This document shows positions 47,829-57,571 of a stretch of 64,000 bases of DNA, piece after piece. The notes beneath the pieces were generated by a model that ran no database searches, had not been told where the DNA came from, and saw only the letters and a list, made by a program, of their open reading frames with translations. Source of the DNA: an uncultured Gemmatimonadales bacterium (lineage in GTDB: Bacteria; Gemmatimonadota; Gemmatimonadetes; Gemmatimonadales; Gemmatimonadaceae). Both the position numbers and the translations under genes were made by a program. Numbering within the stretch: the first letter of the stretch is position 1; each line of letters starts with the position of its first letter. The stretch covers positions 1 through 64,000 of the forward strand of contig CAWKNZ010000007.1 in assembly GCA_963851265.1 (NCBI GenBank), in the 5' to 3' direction.

Positions 47829-49166
47829 CTACCGCCTCCCGTCCCACGCCACCACCGGCTCGTCCTCGATGGCCGCGCCCACCGCGTCGGCCACCTCCCG
47901 CCGGAGCCTGGTGTACCGCGCGCCCCCTTCACCGACCGCCCGCGTCCGGTTCATCAGCAGCACCACGAACAGCCCCCGCTCCGGGTCGACCCAGAGCGAG
48001 GTCCCCGTGAACCCCGTGTGGCCGAAGGCGCGCGGGGCCATGTAGCGTCCCCCACTCGACCCCGGCGACGGAGTGTCCCACCCGAGCGCCCGGCTCACGT
48101 CGGGCAGCTGCCGCGCCGTCCAGCGCGCGATCGTCTGCGCGCCGAGGATCTCGCGCCGCGCGTACGTCCCGCCGTTCAGCAGCATCTGCGCGAACACCGC
48201 CAGGTCGCGCGCCGACGCGAACAGGCCGGCGTGCCCCGAGACCCCGCCTAACGCCCAGGCGTTGCCGTCGTGGACGACCCCGCGCAGCAACCCGCCCCGC
48301 GTGCTGTCGACCGCGGTGGGCGCGATGCGCGCGCGGAGCGCGTGGTCGGCGGTGTCGGGCACGAAGCGCGTGTCGCGCATGCCGAGCGGGCGGAAGACGC
48401 GCTCGGCGACGAACGCGTCGAGCGTGCGCCCCGTGATCCGCTCGATCACCGCCTGCAGGAGCACCATGTCCCAGTCGCTGTAGACGACCTTGGTGCCTGG
48501 CGTGGCGCGGAGCGGGCGTGCGTTGATCGCCGCCAGGTACGCGGCCCGCCCCCGGAGTGCGCCGTAGTGCTCCTCGTAGAGCGGCGCGTACGCCTCCAGC
48601 CCGCCGGAGTGCGTGAGGAGCATGCGCACCGTGATCGCCGCCTTGTCGGGCGCGTCGAACTCGGGGAGGTACGTGTGGACGGGGCGGGTGATGTCGAGCT
48701 TCCCGTCCTCCTCGAGCAGCATCGCGGCCGTCGTCGTCGCGACCACCTTCGTCACCGACGCGAGGTCGTAGAGCGTGTGCGCGTCGGGACGGGCCGACAC
48801 GCGTGGGCGGTCGAGCGTGCCGTAGCCCTTCATGTGTACGAGCCGGCCGTAGCGCCCCACCACGAGCACCGCGCCCGGCGCCGCACCCGCGGCGAGCCCG
48901 GCATCGACGAGCGAATCGAGCCGCCCCGGGAGCGCGCTGTCGAGCCCGACCGCGGACGGCTCGGCGGTAACGAGCGTGTCGACCGCCGTCACGCGCTGGC
49001 GGGCGACCGCGGCCGACGCGGGAGTGGGACGCGGCTCTGCGGGACGAACGTCGACCGGCTCGGGACGCGACGCGCATGCGGCGCCGAGCGCGGCCGCTCC
49101 GGCGAACAGGAGAGCGGCCGCGCGTCGGGAAGTGCGAAAACTCACGTCGTGATCGGGGCTCGGCAC
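47829..49166 (-). CDS. Beta-lactamase-like serine hydrolase, probable lipoprotein
   Basis: LGAAC lipobox, YDLASVTK, LLTHSGG, YSD, GVVHDGNA, GHTGFTG. Confidence 0.88.
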   Translation of the reverse strand: MPSPDHDVSFRTSRRAAALLFAGAAALGAACASRPEPVDVRPAEPRPTPASAAVARQRVTAVDTLVTAEPSAVGLDSALPGRLDSLVDAGLAAGAAPGAVLVVGRYGRLVHMKGYGTLDRPRVSARPDAHTLYDLASVTKVVATTTAAMLLEEDGKLDITRPVHTYLPEFDAPDKAAITVRMLLTHSGGLEAYAPLYEEHYGALRGRAAYLAAINARPLRATPGTKVVYSDWDMVLLQAVIERITGRTLDAFVAERVFRPLGMRDTRFVPDTADHALRARIAPTAVDSTRGGLLRGVVHDGNAWALGGVSGHAGLFASARDLAVFAQMLLNGGTYARREILGAQTIARWTARQLPDVSRALGWDTPSPGSSGGRYMAPRAFGHTGFTGTSLWVDPERGLFVVLLMNRTRAVGEGGARYTRLRREVADAVGAAIEDEPVVAWDGRR

Positions 49167-49225
49167 GGGCCGCGCGCCGCCGCCCGTGGGGCGGCGATCG
49201 CGCGGTAGGAATCAGGCAGCAGAAA

Positions 49226-50269
49226 TCAGGCGGCGACGGGGTCGGTGCGCCGCGCCTGCGTCGAGCGACGGACGATCAGTTCGGCGTCGAGCGTCACGCG
49301 CTCGGTCGCCGCCGCGACGCCCTCCTCGACGTGGCGCAGCAGCAGCTCGGCCGCGACGCGTCCCATCTCGACGGTCGGCACCCGCACCGTCGTGAGCGGC
49401 ACCGGCAGGTAGGCGAGCAGCGGGATGTCGTCGTAGCCGATGACGCTCACGTCCTCCGGGACCCGCATGCCCAGCTCGGCCAGCGCGCGGCACACGCCGA
49501 TCGCGATGAGGTCGTTGAAGCAGGTGACGGCGGTCGGCATCTGCTCGGCGGTGCGGTCGGCGAAGTAGGTGCGCGCGGCCTGGTAGCCGTCGTCGAGGTG
49601 CGCGCCGGCGGGGATCACGTCGTCGGCCGTGAACCGCAGCCCCGCGGCGGCGCACGCGCTCTGCACGCCGGCGGCACGCTCGCCGGCCTGGGTGCTGCTG
49701 GGCGGGCCCGTGAAGTGGACGATGCGCTCGTGCCCGAGCCCGATGAGGTGTTCGGCCGCGTGGCGCGACGCCGCGTGGTTGTCGACGCCGACGAGGCTGG
49801 CGGGCACGCCGCGGATTCCGCCCAGGAGCACGAACGGAATGTTGCGCCGGCGCAGGTCGAACAGGTGCGAGAGGTCAGAGTCCTCGTCGAGCACCGGCGT
49901 GACGATGAGCCCCGAGATGTCGGCCGCGGTGAGCAGGCCGATCGCGCGCCGCTCGGCGGCCGCCTCGCGTTCGGAGCTGGCGAGGAGCAGCGCGTAGCCG
50001 TGCGCCTCCGCGTGCTCGCGCGCCCCGGCGATCACGCCCGCGAAGTACGGGTTGTCCAGCTCCTTCACCAGCACGCCGAGGCTGCGGCCGGCGCCGGCGC
50101 GGGCGGTGCCGCGGGCGGGGCGGAAGTTGAGCGTCTCGACCGCACGGAGCACGCGCGCGCGCGTATCGGGCGCGACCGGCCCGCTGTCGTTGAGCACGGC
50201 CGACACCGTGGCCTTGGACACGGCGGCGGCCTGGGCGACGTCGGCGATCGTCGGACGGGTTCTCGGCAT
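49226..50269 (-). CDS. LacI-family transcriptional regulator
   Basis: TIADVAQAAAVSKATVSAVLN HTH; VPEDVSVIGYDD, PLTTV. Confidence 0.92.
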   Translation of the reverse strand: MPRTRPTIADVAQAAAVSKATVSAVLNDSGPVAPDTRARVLRAVETLNFRPARGTARAGAGRSLGVLVKELDNPYFAGVIAGAREHAEAHGYALLLASSEREAAAERRAIGLLTAADISGLIVTPVLDEDSDLSHLFDLRRRNIPFVLLGGIRGVPASLVGVDNHAASRHAAEHLIGLGHERIVHFTGPPSSTQAGERAAGVQSACAAAGLRFTADDVIPAGAHLDDGYQAARTYFADRTAEQMPTAVTCFNDLIAIGVCRALAELGMRVPEDVSVIGYDDIPLLAYLPVPLTTVRVPTVEMGRVAAELLLRHVEEGVAAATERVTLDAELIVRRSTQARRTDPVAA

Positions 50270-50439
50270 GATCGGCCTGTGCACCCGCGAGCGGGGCGCC
50301 GGAGGACAGGAAAGGGCAGGGCCGCGCGCGCCGGGACGGCCGCGCGCGCCCACAATGTATGACACGGGGGCGCCCGTCCGTCGAGCCCGGACGCAAAACA
50401 AGTCGCCGCCGCGGGCCCCGGCGCGCCTAACGAGGAGCC

Positions 50440-52512
50440 CTAGCGCCGCGCCGGTGCGGCGCCCGCCCCCGCGCCCACCACGGGCGTCCCGCCGTCGGCC
50501 TGCCACACGTTGTTCGACCGGTCGACGTCGACGAGCCGGTGGTCGGGGTCGAGCTCGATGCGCGCGAGGCGCCGGCCGACGAACTGGTACCGCCGCCCGT
50601 AGTGCGTCGTGTTCGTCGTCCACACCTCGGCGGGGTAGTCGACCGCCTGCGTCGAGCCGTCGGTGAAGGTGAAGCGCGCGCGGATGGGCAGCACGCCGCG
50701 CGCGCGGTTGCCGTAGAGCACGGCGACGTTGCTGGTGTCGCCCCGCTGCGCGACCACCACCGAGTCGATCGCCTGGTCGAACGTCGGGTTGTCGATGAAC
50801 CACTCGCGCCAGAACCAGTCGAGCCGCCGCCCGCTCACGTCCTCCATCGTGCGGTAGAAATCCGCGGGCGTGGGGTGCTTGAACGCCCAGCGGCGGATGT
50901 AGGTGCGGAACGCGTCGTCGAACGCGGCCGGGCCGAGGATCTCCTGGCGGAGCGTCTGGAGCGCCACCGACGGCTTCGTGTAGGCGACGAGGCCGAGCAG
51001 CTGCGGGTTGATGCGGTCGGGCGGCACGTCGACCGGTCGGTCGAAGCCGGCCGCCATCGCGCCCTGGACCTCGGTGCGCTCCTGCGCTGCGCGGCGCAGC
51101 TCGTCGCCGCGCTCCGGGAAGCGTCGCGCCTCGCTGAACAGGTTGATGAACGTGTTGAAGCCCTCGTCCTGCCACATGTGGACCCGCTCGTTGGAGCCCA
51201 CGATCATCGGGAACCAGTTGTGCCCGATCTCGTGCGTCACGACGTTGTACAGGTCGTACTTGTCGCCGCTGTGGGCCTCCATCGCGAGCATCGGATACTC
51301 CATCCCGCTCACCGGCCCTTCGACGGCCGAGATCTGCGGGTACGGGTAGCGGAACCACCGCTCCGAGTACTCCTGGATCGACATGCGGCTCTGGTCGGCC
51401 GCGTCGCGCCACAGGTCGGCCGCGCTCGGCCGGTAGTAGGCCTGCGCGAGGATGCCCTCCCACGACGACGCGTCCCACAGGTACTCGGGGCTCGCCGTCC
51501 ACGCGACGTCGCGCACGTTGCGCGCGGCGAAGCGCCAGGTGAGCGTGCCCGTGGTGCGCGGGCGCGCGGCGCCGCTCCGCAGCTCGTCGAGTGTGGTGAT
51601 CGCGACCGGGGTGGCCGACGCGCGCGCGCGTGCGAGCCGCGCGATCTCGGCGCTCGTGAGCACCTCGCGCGGGTTCTCGAGCGTGCCCGTGCCCGCGACC
51701 ACGTAGCCCGCGGGGAGCGTGACGGCGTAGGTGAAGTCGCCGTACTCGAGGTAGAACTCCCCCTGGCCGAGGTAGGGCTCGATGTTCCAGCCGCGGACGT
51801 CGTCGTAGACGCACACGCGCGGGTACCACTGCGCGAGTTCGTACAGCGAGCCCTCGCGCCCCATGCGGTCGGCGCCGTGCTCGGGGATGCGGAAGTGCCA
51901 CGCGACGTCGAAGGTGGTCTGCCGCCCCGGCGCGAGCGGCTCGGCGAGGTCGACCTTCATCACGGTGCCGGTCACGCGCGTGGCGAGGGCGCGGCGCGCG
52001 CCGCCGGCGGTGACCTGGTCGAAGCGCGTGACGACGTCGCCGCCGGCGAAGCCGCGCGCGCCGAAGCGCGACGTCTGCGGGTAGACGTACGCGTTGAGCG
52101 AGCTGTCGGTGAACGCATTCTGCTCGACCTGCATCCAGACGAAGCGGAGCGTGTCGGGCGAGCGGTTGGTGTAGCGCAGCCGCAGCTCGCCGGCGAGCGT
52201 CTTGGCTGCGGTGTCGAGGCTGGCGCGGATGTCGTAGTCGGCGCGGTTCTGCCAGTAGCGCGCGCCCGGCGCGCCCGACGCGGAGCGCACGTCGTTGCCC
52301 GGTGCGATCTCGGTGAGCGGCGCGAAGATCGAGGTGTCGCCGACCCCGCGGCGCTGCACGTCGGTGAGCGCTGGGCGCGCCACACCCGGCTGTGCGACAG
52401 GCCCCTGCGCGGCGGCCGGGCGCGCGAGCGCGGCAGCCGCGGTGAGCAGGATCGCCGCGCCGCGGACGGCGGAGGTGGTGGCCGTTCGGCGCAGGATGGA
52501 GAAGGTCGGCAT
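50440..52512 (-). CDS. Exported M1-family metallopeptidase
   Basis: Signal peptide, YWQNRADY, GMEYP, HEIGH-x18-E. Confidence 0.9.
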   Translation of the reverse strand: MPTFSILRRTATTSAVRGAAILLTAAAALARPAAAQGPVAQPGVARPALTDVQRRGVGDTSIFAPLTEIAPGNDVRSASGAPGARYWQNRADYDIRASLDTAAKTLAGELRLRYTNRSPDTLRFVWMQVEQNAFTDSSLNAYVYPQTSRFGARGFAGGDVVTRFDQVTAGGARRALATRVTGTVMKVDLAEPLAPGRQTTFDVAWHFRIPEHGADRMGREGSLYELAQWYPRVCVYDDVRGWNIEPYLGQGEFYLEYGDFTYAVTLPAGYVVAGTGTLENPREVLTSAEIARLARARASATPVAITTLDELRSGAARPRTTGTLTWRFAARNVRDVAWTASPEYLWDASSWEGILAQAYYRPSAADLWRDAADQSRMSIQEYSERWFRYPYPQISAVEGPVSGMEYPMLAMEAHSGDKYDLYNVVTHEIGHNWFPMIVGSNERVHMWQDEGFNTFINLFSEARRFPERGDELRRAAQERTEVQGAMAAGFDRPVDVPPDRINPQLLGLVAYTKPSVALQTLRQEILGPAAFDDAFRTYIRRWAFKHPTPADFYRTMEDVSGRRLDWFWREWFIDNPTFDQAIDSVVVAQRGDTSNVAVLYGNRARGVLPIRARFTFTDGSTQAVDYPAEVWTTNTTHYGRRYQFVGRRLARIELDPDHRLVDVDRSNNVWQADGGTPVVGAGAGAAPARR

Positions 52513-52635
52513 GAATTCGGAGCGAAGCGGCGCGGCGTCGCGCCAGACGAGTGTGGGGCGTGCGTGAAACGCGCCGTGGGACCGCACGGGCGGCACGCGT
52601 GGCGGCGCACCGGGACGCCGCTGCATCTTGCCCGC

Positions 52636-55482
52636 ATGCGTACCCGCCATGCCGACCTCGCGTGCCGTGCGCTCGGCGCACTGCTCGCGGCCGCTGGTGC
52701 AGCAACCGCGCCCGCGCAGCCGGCGCGCCCGCCGTCGCCGCCCCGGCGCGCGCCCGCGACGTCCGCGCGCCCGGCTGCGCGCGACCTCGACGACTTCGAC
52801 GCGCCGGGCGACATGGACGATCTGTCGCGCCAGCTGTGGACGGGGGGGCGCCGCGCGCTGCCGTACGACGCGGCCGTGCGCTACGCGCGGCGCATGCAGC
52901 GGCGCACGGCGGCCCGCGCGACGGCCGATGCGCGCGCCGGCGCGGCAGAGCTGCCGACGGGATGGGCCATCGCGCCCGCCGGCGACCAGGTGGCCACGGG
53001 ACGGTTGCCGTTCGAGGCCGTCGCGTTCGCCGGGCGCGTGGTCGTGCTCAACACCGGCTACTACCCGGGCGAGCCGCAGCCGCTGACGGTGATCGACGCG
53101 CGGCGCGGGGGCGTGCGGGGCGGCGCGACCGCGGTCCGCACGGTACCGTTAGGCGCGCTCTACCCCGCCGCGCGCGTCGGCGGCGACGGCGCGCTCTACG
53201 TGAGCGGTGGCGACGATCGCGCCGTGTGGCGCGTCGACAGCACGTTCACGGCGCGCAAGCTCCCGGTGGGCGGCTACGCGGCCGGGCTCGCGCCGCTCGA
53301 CGCCGCCGCGTTCGGGGCGGGGCGGTTCGCGGTCGCCTACCTCGTCGCCGCCGACTCGACCGGCCCGGCGGGCGCGGGGCGCGTCGGCGTGTTGAACACG
53401 GCGACCGGCCGCGTGGAGCAGGAACTCCCCGCCGGGCACTACCCGACCGCGGTGGAGAGCGTCGGCGACCGCGTGTACGTGGTCGCCACCGGCGAGGCGA
53501 GCGTGCGCGTGTTCGCGCGCGACACGGCGCGCCCGGCCGCGGGGAGCGTGGCGCCGCTCGCGCTCCGCCGCACGCTCGCGGTCGGACGCACCCCGGTCGC
53601 GACCTGCCGCTGGGGCGATGGGCCCGGCGCGCGGCTGCTCGTCGTCAACTCGGGCTCCGACGACCTGTCGATCATCGACGTCGCGCGCGACACGGTGGTG
53701 GGCACGATCCCGGTGCGCTTCCGCGACCCCGGCGCGACCGGCGAGCCGCCCGGGTTCGGGCGCGCCGCGCCGGGCGCGCCGGTCCACGCGGGCGGCGCGC
53801 CCACGTCGTGCGCCGTCGCGGGCGGCCGTCTATTCGTGACCCTCGCCACGGCCAACGCGGTCGCGGTGTTCGACACGGCGCGCGTGGCGGCGGGCGACCC
53901 GGCACCGGTCGGCTACATCCCGACCGGCTGGTATCCGACGCGGGTGCTGGCCGTCGGCGACTCGCTCTGGACCCTGAGCGCGAAGGGCGTGCGGCCGCGC
54001 CGCCCCAACCCCGACGGCCCGCAGCCCGACTCGCTGCACCCCGGCGGGCCGGGCTACGTGCTCACGCAGCTGCAGGGCGCGGCGGGCGTGCTCCCGCTCG
54101 CGGCCGTCGACACGGGGCTCTCGGCGTGGACGCGCGCGGTGCGCGCCGGGTCGCCGCTCGCCGCGCCGGCGGCGGGCGTGGCGCTCCCGATCGCCCACGT
54201 CTTCTACGTGGTGCGCGAGAACCGCAGCTTCGACCAGGTGTTGGGCGACCTCGGGCGCGGCGACGGCGACCCGTCGCTCACGCTGTTCGGCCGCGACGTC
54301 ACCCCCGCCGGCCACGCCCTCGCCCGCGACTTCGTCACGCTCGATCATTTTTACGCGGATGGCGAAATATCCGTCCTCGGACACAGCTACGCGACGAGCG
54401 GTTACGCCAGCCCGCTGCTGCAGTGGCTCGGCAACGCCGCCTACAGCGGCCGCTTCGCGGGGTACCCGTTCGGGACCGCGCCCGCGGTGTTCTCGCCCGC
54501 GTACCTCTGGGACGCGCTCGACGCGCGCGGCACCGACTACCGCGTGTACGGCGAGCCGTACTACGCGGCCACCGCGTTCTGGCGCCTCGTGACGGCACGC
54601 TACGGCGACGCGCACCCGCTGGCGCGCGCGTTCGTCGTCCAGAGTGGGCGTCTCACGACCGCGCGGGACCGCGGCGCGGCGCTGCACCGCGTGCTCGCCC
54701 CCGTCGCCGCGCGCGGCCGCACGCGCGCGGGCGCGCTCGCGCTGCTGGCCGACACCGCCTTCGCCGCCGGGCTCTCGCGCGCCCTCGTCGGCGGCGACGC
54801 GCTCGCGCGGGCCCTCGCCGCCGACCCGGCCCTCCGGCTGGACGTCGCGGCGTTCCTCGCGCGCTACGCGTTCGCGTATCCCACCTGGGACCTGGCCTAC
54901 TCCGACCTCCAGCGCGTCGCCGATTGGAAGGCGGAGTTCGATGCCGACGTGGCGGCCGGCCGGGTTCCGGCGTTCACGTATCTCTGGCTGCCCAACGACC
55001 ACACGGCCGGCGTCACGCGCGGCGCGCTCACGCCGCGCCAGCTCGTCGCGCAGAACGACGCCGCGCTCGCGCGCCTCGTCGAGACCATCGCGGCGAGCCC
55101 CGTGTGGGGCACCAGCCTCATCCTCGTCGAGGAGGACGACGCGCAGAACGGCCCCGACCACGTGGACGCGACGCGCACGGTCGCGCTCGCGGCGGGGCCG
55201 TTCGTGCGGCGCGGCGCGGTCGTGTCGGACCGCTACGACCAGCTGTCGATGCTGCGAACGGCCGAGGTGCTGCTCGGGCTCGATCCGTTAGGCGTCGGCG
55301 ACGCGCTCGCGGTGCCGATGCTCGGGGCGCTGACCCCCGCGGTCGACGCGCGGCCGTGGCGCGCGCCCGCGCCGTCGCGCTGGCTGACCGCCGCCGACCG
55401 CGCCCGGTTCGACGCGCTCGCGGCGCGGCCCGCGAGCCGCCCCGCGCCGCGCCGGCTCAGGGCCGCCCGGACCCCGAGCTAG
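52636..55482 (+). CDS. YncE/YVTN beta-propeller plus phosphoesterase (alkaline-phosphatase-like) protein
   Basis: VVNSGSDDLSIID, IPTGWYPT, HVFYVVRENRSFDQVLGD, LPNDHT, EDDAQNGPDHVD. Confidence 0.82.
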   Translation: MRTRHADLACRALGALLAAAGAATAPAQPARPPSPPRRAPATSARPAARDLDDFDAPGDMDDLSRQLWTGGRRALPYDAAVRYARRMQRRTAARATADARAGAAELPTGWAIAPAGDQVATGRLPFEAVAFAGRVVVLNTGYYPGEPQPLTVIDARRGGVRGGATAVRTVPLGALYPAARVGGDGALYVSGGDDRAVWRVDSTFTARKLPVGGYAAGLAPLDAAAFGAGRFAVAYLVAADSTGPAGAGRVGVLNTATGRVEQELPAGHYPTAVESVGDRVYVVATGEASVRVFARDTARPAAGSVAPLALRRTLAVGRTPVATCRWGDGPGARLLVVNSGSDDLSIIDVARDTVVGTIPVRFRDPGATGEPPGFGRAAPGAPVHAGGAPTSCAVAGGRLFVTLATANAVAVFDTARVAAGDPAPVGYIPTGWYPTRVLAVGDSLWTLSAKGVRPRRPNPDGPQPDSLHPGGPGYVLTQLQGAAGVLPLAAVDTGLSAWTRAVRAGSPLAAPAAGVALPIAHVFYVVRENRSFDQVLGDLGRGDGDPSLTLFGRDVTPAGHALARDFVTLDHFYADGEISVLGHSYATSGYASPLLQWLGNAAYSGRFAGYPFGTAPAVFSPAYLWDALDARGTDYRVYGEPYYAATAFWRLVTARYGDAHPLARAFVVQSGRLTTARDRGAALHRVLAPVAARGRTRAGALALLADTAFAAGLSRALVGGDALARALAADPALRLDVAAFLARYAFAYPTWDLAYSDLQRVADWKAEFDADVAAGRVPAFTYLWLPNDHTAGVTRGALTPRQLVAQNDAALARLVETIAASPVWGTSLILVEEDDAQNGPDHVDATRTVALAAGPFVRRGAVVSDRYDQLSMLRTAEVLLGLDPLGVGDALAVPMLGALTPAVDARPWRAPAPSRWLTAADRARFDALAARPASRPAPRRLRAARTPS

Positions 55483-57571
55483 CGCCCGAACCCGACGGGC
55501 GGCCGGGCGCGCCAAGGCGGACGACCGGCGGCTGCTGCGCCCCCGGCTGCTGGCCGCCCTGCCCACCTCCTCCCTGCCCGCCACCACCGGAGCCGCCGCC
55601 TCCCTGCTGGCTGCCCTGGCCGCCTCCACCGCCGCCGCCGCCGGAGCCCGACGTTCCCCCGCCGCCCCCGCCGCCCGTGCCCTGGCCGCCACTCTTGGCG
55701 CCGCCCTGGCCGCCGCCGCCCTGGCCGCCGCCGCCCGACCCCGACTTCCCTCCCTGGTCGCCTTCGCCCGACTTCATCGGCGGTGGGTTGGCCGGCCGTC
55801 CGCCGGGCGTGTTGCCGCCCGCGGCGTCCTCGTCGCTCCCGCCGCGCGGGCGCACGCGCTGCCCGTTGCGCAACTCGTCCGTCGGGTTCACCACCACGAG
55901 ATCGCCCGGCTTGAGCCCCGTCAGCACCTCCATGCCCGACCCGTAGTCGCGGCCGATGGTGACCGCGCGAATCTGGAGCACCGAGTCGCGCCCGACCACG
56001 GCGACCTGCGCGCCCTGCTGCCGCACGAGCAGCGCGCCGGCCGGGATCATCACCGGGGCGTTGGCCCGCGTCAGTCGAAAGCTCACCGTCGCGAACATCC
56101 CCGGCAGCAGGCGGCGGTCGAGGTTGGCCAGGTCCACTTCGGTGAGCAGCGTGCGCGTGGCCGCGTCGAGCGCGCCCGCCGTGCGCACGACCTTGCCGGT
56201 GAACGTGCGCTGCGGCATGTCGGGCACGTGCACCGTCGCGTGCAGCCCGGTGCGCACGTCGGCGGCGTAGCTCTGCGGCACGCCCACGTAGAGGCGCACC
56301 GTGTCGGCCTGCGCGACGCGGAACAGACTCCCCGATCCGCCCACGCCGCTCGCGCCCGCCGACCCGGACGAGCCGCCCGACGCGCCGGAGCTGCCCGACC
56401 CGCCTAACGCACTCCCCGAGCTTCCGCCCACGCCGGACGTCGTGCCGCCCGCGCTCGTCGCCTGGCCGGGGTTGGAGGTGAGGATGGTGTTGCCGCCCAG
56501 GCTGGCCGGGTTGGTGCTCGTCGACGAGCCGCCGCCCGAAACGAGCACGCCCTCGTCCACGTTGCGCGACGTGACGATGCCCGAGAACGGCGCGGTCACG
56601 GTCGCGTAGCCGACGAGCTCCGCGTTCCGCCGCACGTTCGCTTCGGCGGCCGCGACGCTCGCCACCGCCGCGTCGTAGTTCGCCTGCCGCTGGTCGAGCT
56701 CCTCGCGCGTGATCACCGAGTCGCGGTACAGGATGCGCCAGCGCGCGAGCTCGACGCGCGCGAGGCGGAGCGCGGCCGCGGCCTGGCTGGCGTTGGCGCG
56801 CGCCTCGCGCAGCTGCTCTTCCACGTCGGGCACGTCGAGCACGGCGAGCGGCTGCCCCGCCCGCACGCGCTGCCCGATGTCGACGAGGAAGCGCCGCACG
56901 TACCCCGTCGCGCGCGCGTACACCGCGGCCTCGCGCTGCGCCTGCACGTTGCCCGGCAGGTTGAACTCCGCCACGCTGTCGCCCGAGGCGACCTTGGTCA
57001 CGGTCACGGCCGGAATGCTGTCGTTGTGCGCGCTCTGCTGGGCCTGCTGCTGCAACTTCTTGTCGCGGTTGCGGCGCGGCAGGATGCCGATCAGCAGAAA
57101 GAGCGCGAGCACGACGACGACCACGATCGCGCCGATGATGATGACGCGCCGCCGCACGGGCTTCGGGTGATCGCCTTTCTTGTCGTCCTGTCCGTCCTTC
57201 CGCGCGCCCGGGCCCGGCGGGGGTGGCGGGCGCGGTGGCGCCGGTGCGGGCGGCGGCGCCGCCGCCGCCGGGATCTGGACGTCGACGACGACGTGCGTTC
57301 CCGCACCCGGGGCGGCGCCGGGCGCCGCACCCTGGCCCTGCGGGGCGGCACCCGGCGGCGGGCCGCCCGGCCCCGGCGGCGCACCCTGCGGCGGTGCGCC
57401 CGCGCCGGGTGAGACGTCGATGTGCACCTGCACCGGCGACGGTGCAGGCTGCCCGGCCGGCGGCGGCGCGGCCGGGGGCGGGCCGGGGGGCAGCGACCCA
57501 GGCGGGCCGGCCGATTGCGGGCCGGGCTGTCCCCCGGGGGCGGACCGACTCGGGGTCCGGTCGTCAGACAT
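55457..57571 (-). CDS. RND periplasmic adaptor (MFP) with long low-complexity extensions
   Basis: TM anchor, VYARATGYV..VDIGQRV, APFSGIVT, LLPGMFA. Confidence 0.88.
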   Translation of the reverse strand: MSDDRTPSRSAPGGQPGPQSAGPPGSLPPGPPPAAPPPAGQPAPSPVQVHIDVSPGAGAPPQGAPPGPGGPPPGAAPQGQGAAPGAAPGAGTHVVVDVQIPAAAAPPPAPAPPRPPPPPGPGARKDGQDDKKGDHPKPVRRRVIIIGAIVVVVVLALFLLIGILPRRNRDKKLQQQAQQSAHNDSIPAVTVTKVASGDSVAEFNLPGNVQAQREAAVYARATGYVRRFLVDIGQRVRAGQPLAVLDVPDVEEQLREARANASQAAAALRLARVELARWRILYRDSVITREELDQRQANYDAAVASVAAAEANVRRNAELVGYATVTAPFSGIVTSRNVDEGVLVSGGGSSTSTNPASLGGNTILTSNPGQATSAGGTTSGVGGSSGSALGGSGSSGASGGSSGSAGASGVGGSGSLFRVAQADTVRLYVGVPQSYAADVRTGLHATVHVPDMPQRTFTGKVVRTAGALDAATRTLLTEVDLANLDRRLLPGMFATVSFRLTRANAPVMIPAGALLVRQQGAQVAVVGRDSVLQIRAVTIGRDYGSGMEVLTGLKPGDLVVVNPTDELRNGQRVRPRGGSDEDAAGGNTPGGRPANPPPMKSGEGDQGGKSGSGGGGQGGGGQGGAKSGGQGTGGGGGGGTSGSGGGGGGGGQGSQQGGGGSGGGGQGGGGQGGQQPGAQQPPVVRLGAPGRPSGSGASSGSGRP

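Noticed and set aside
47829..49166. Antibiotic-resistance beta-lactamase
   Set aside because: YSD and HTG motifs with GVVHDGNA fit the broad esterase/peptidoglycan-recycling serine hydrolase group; resistance cannot be inferred
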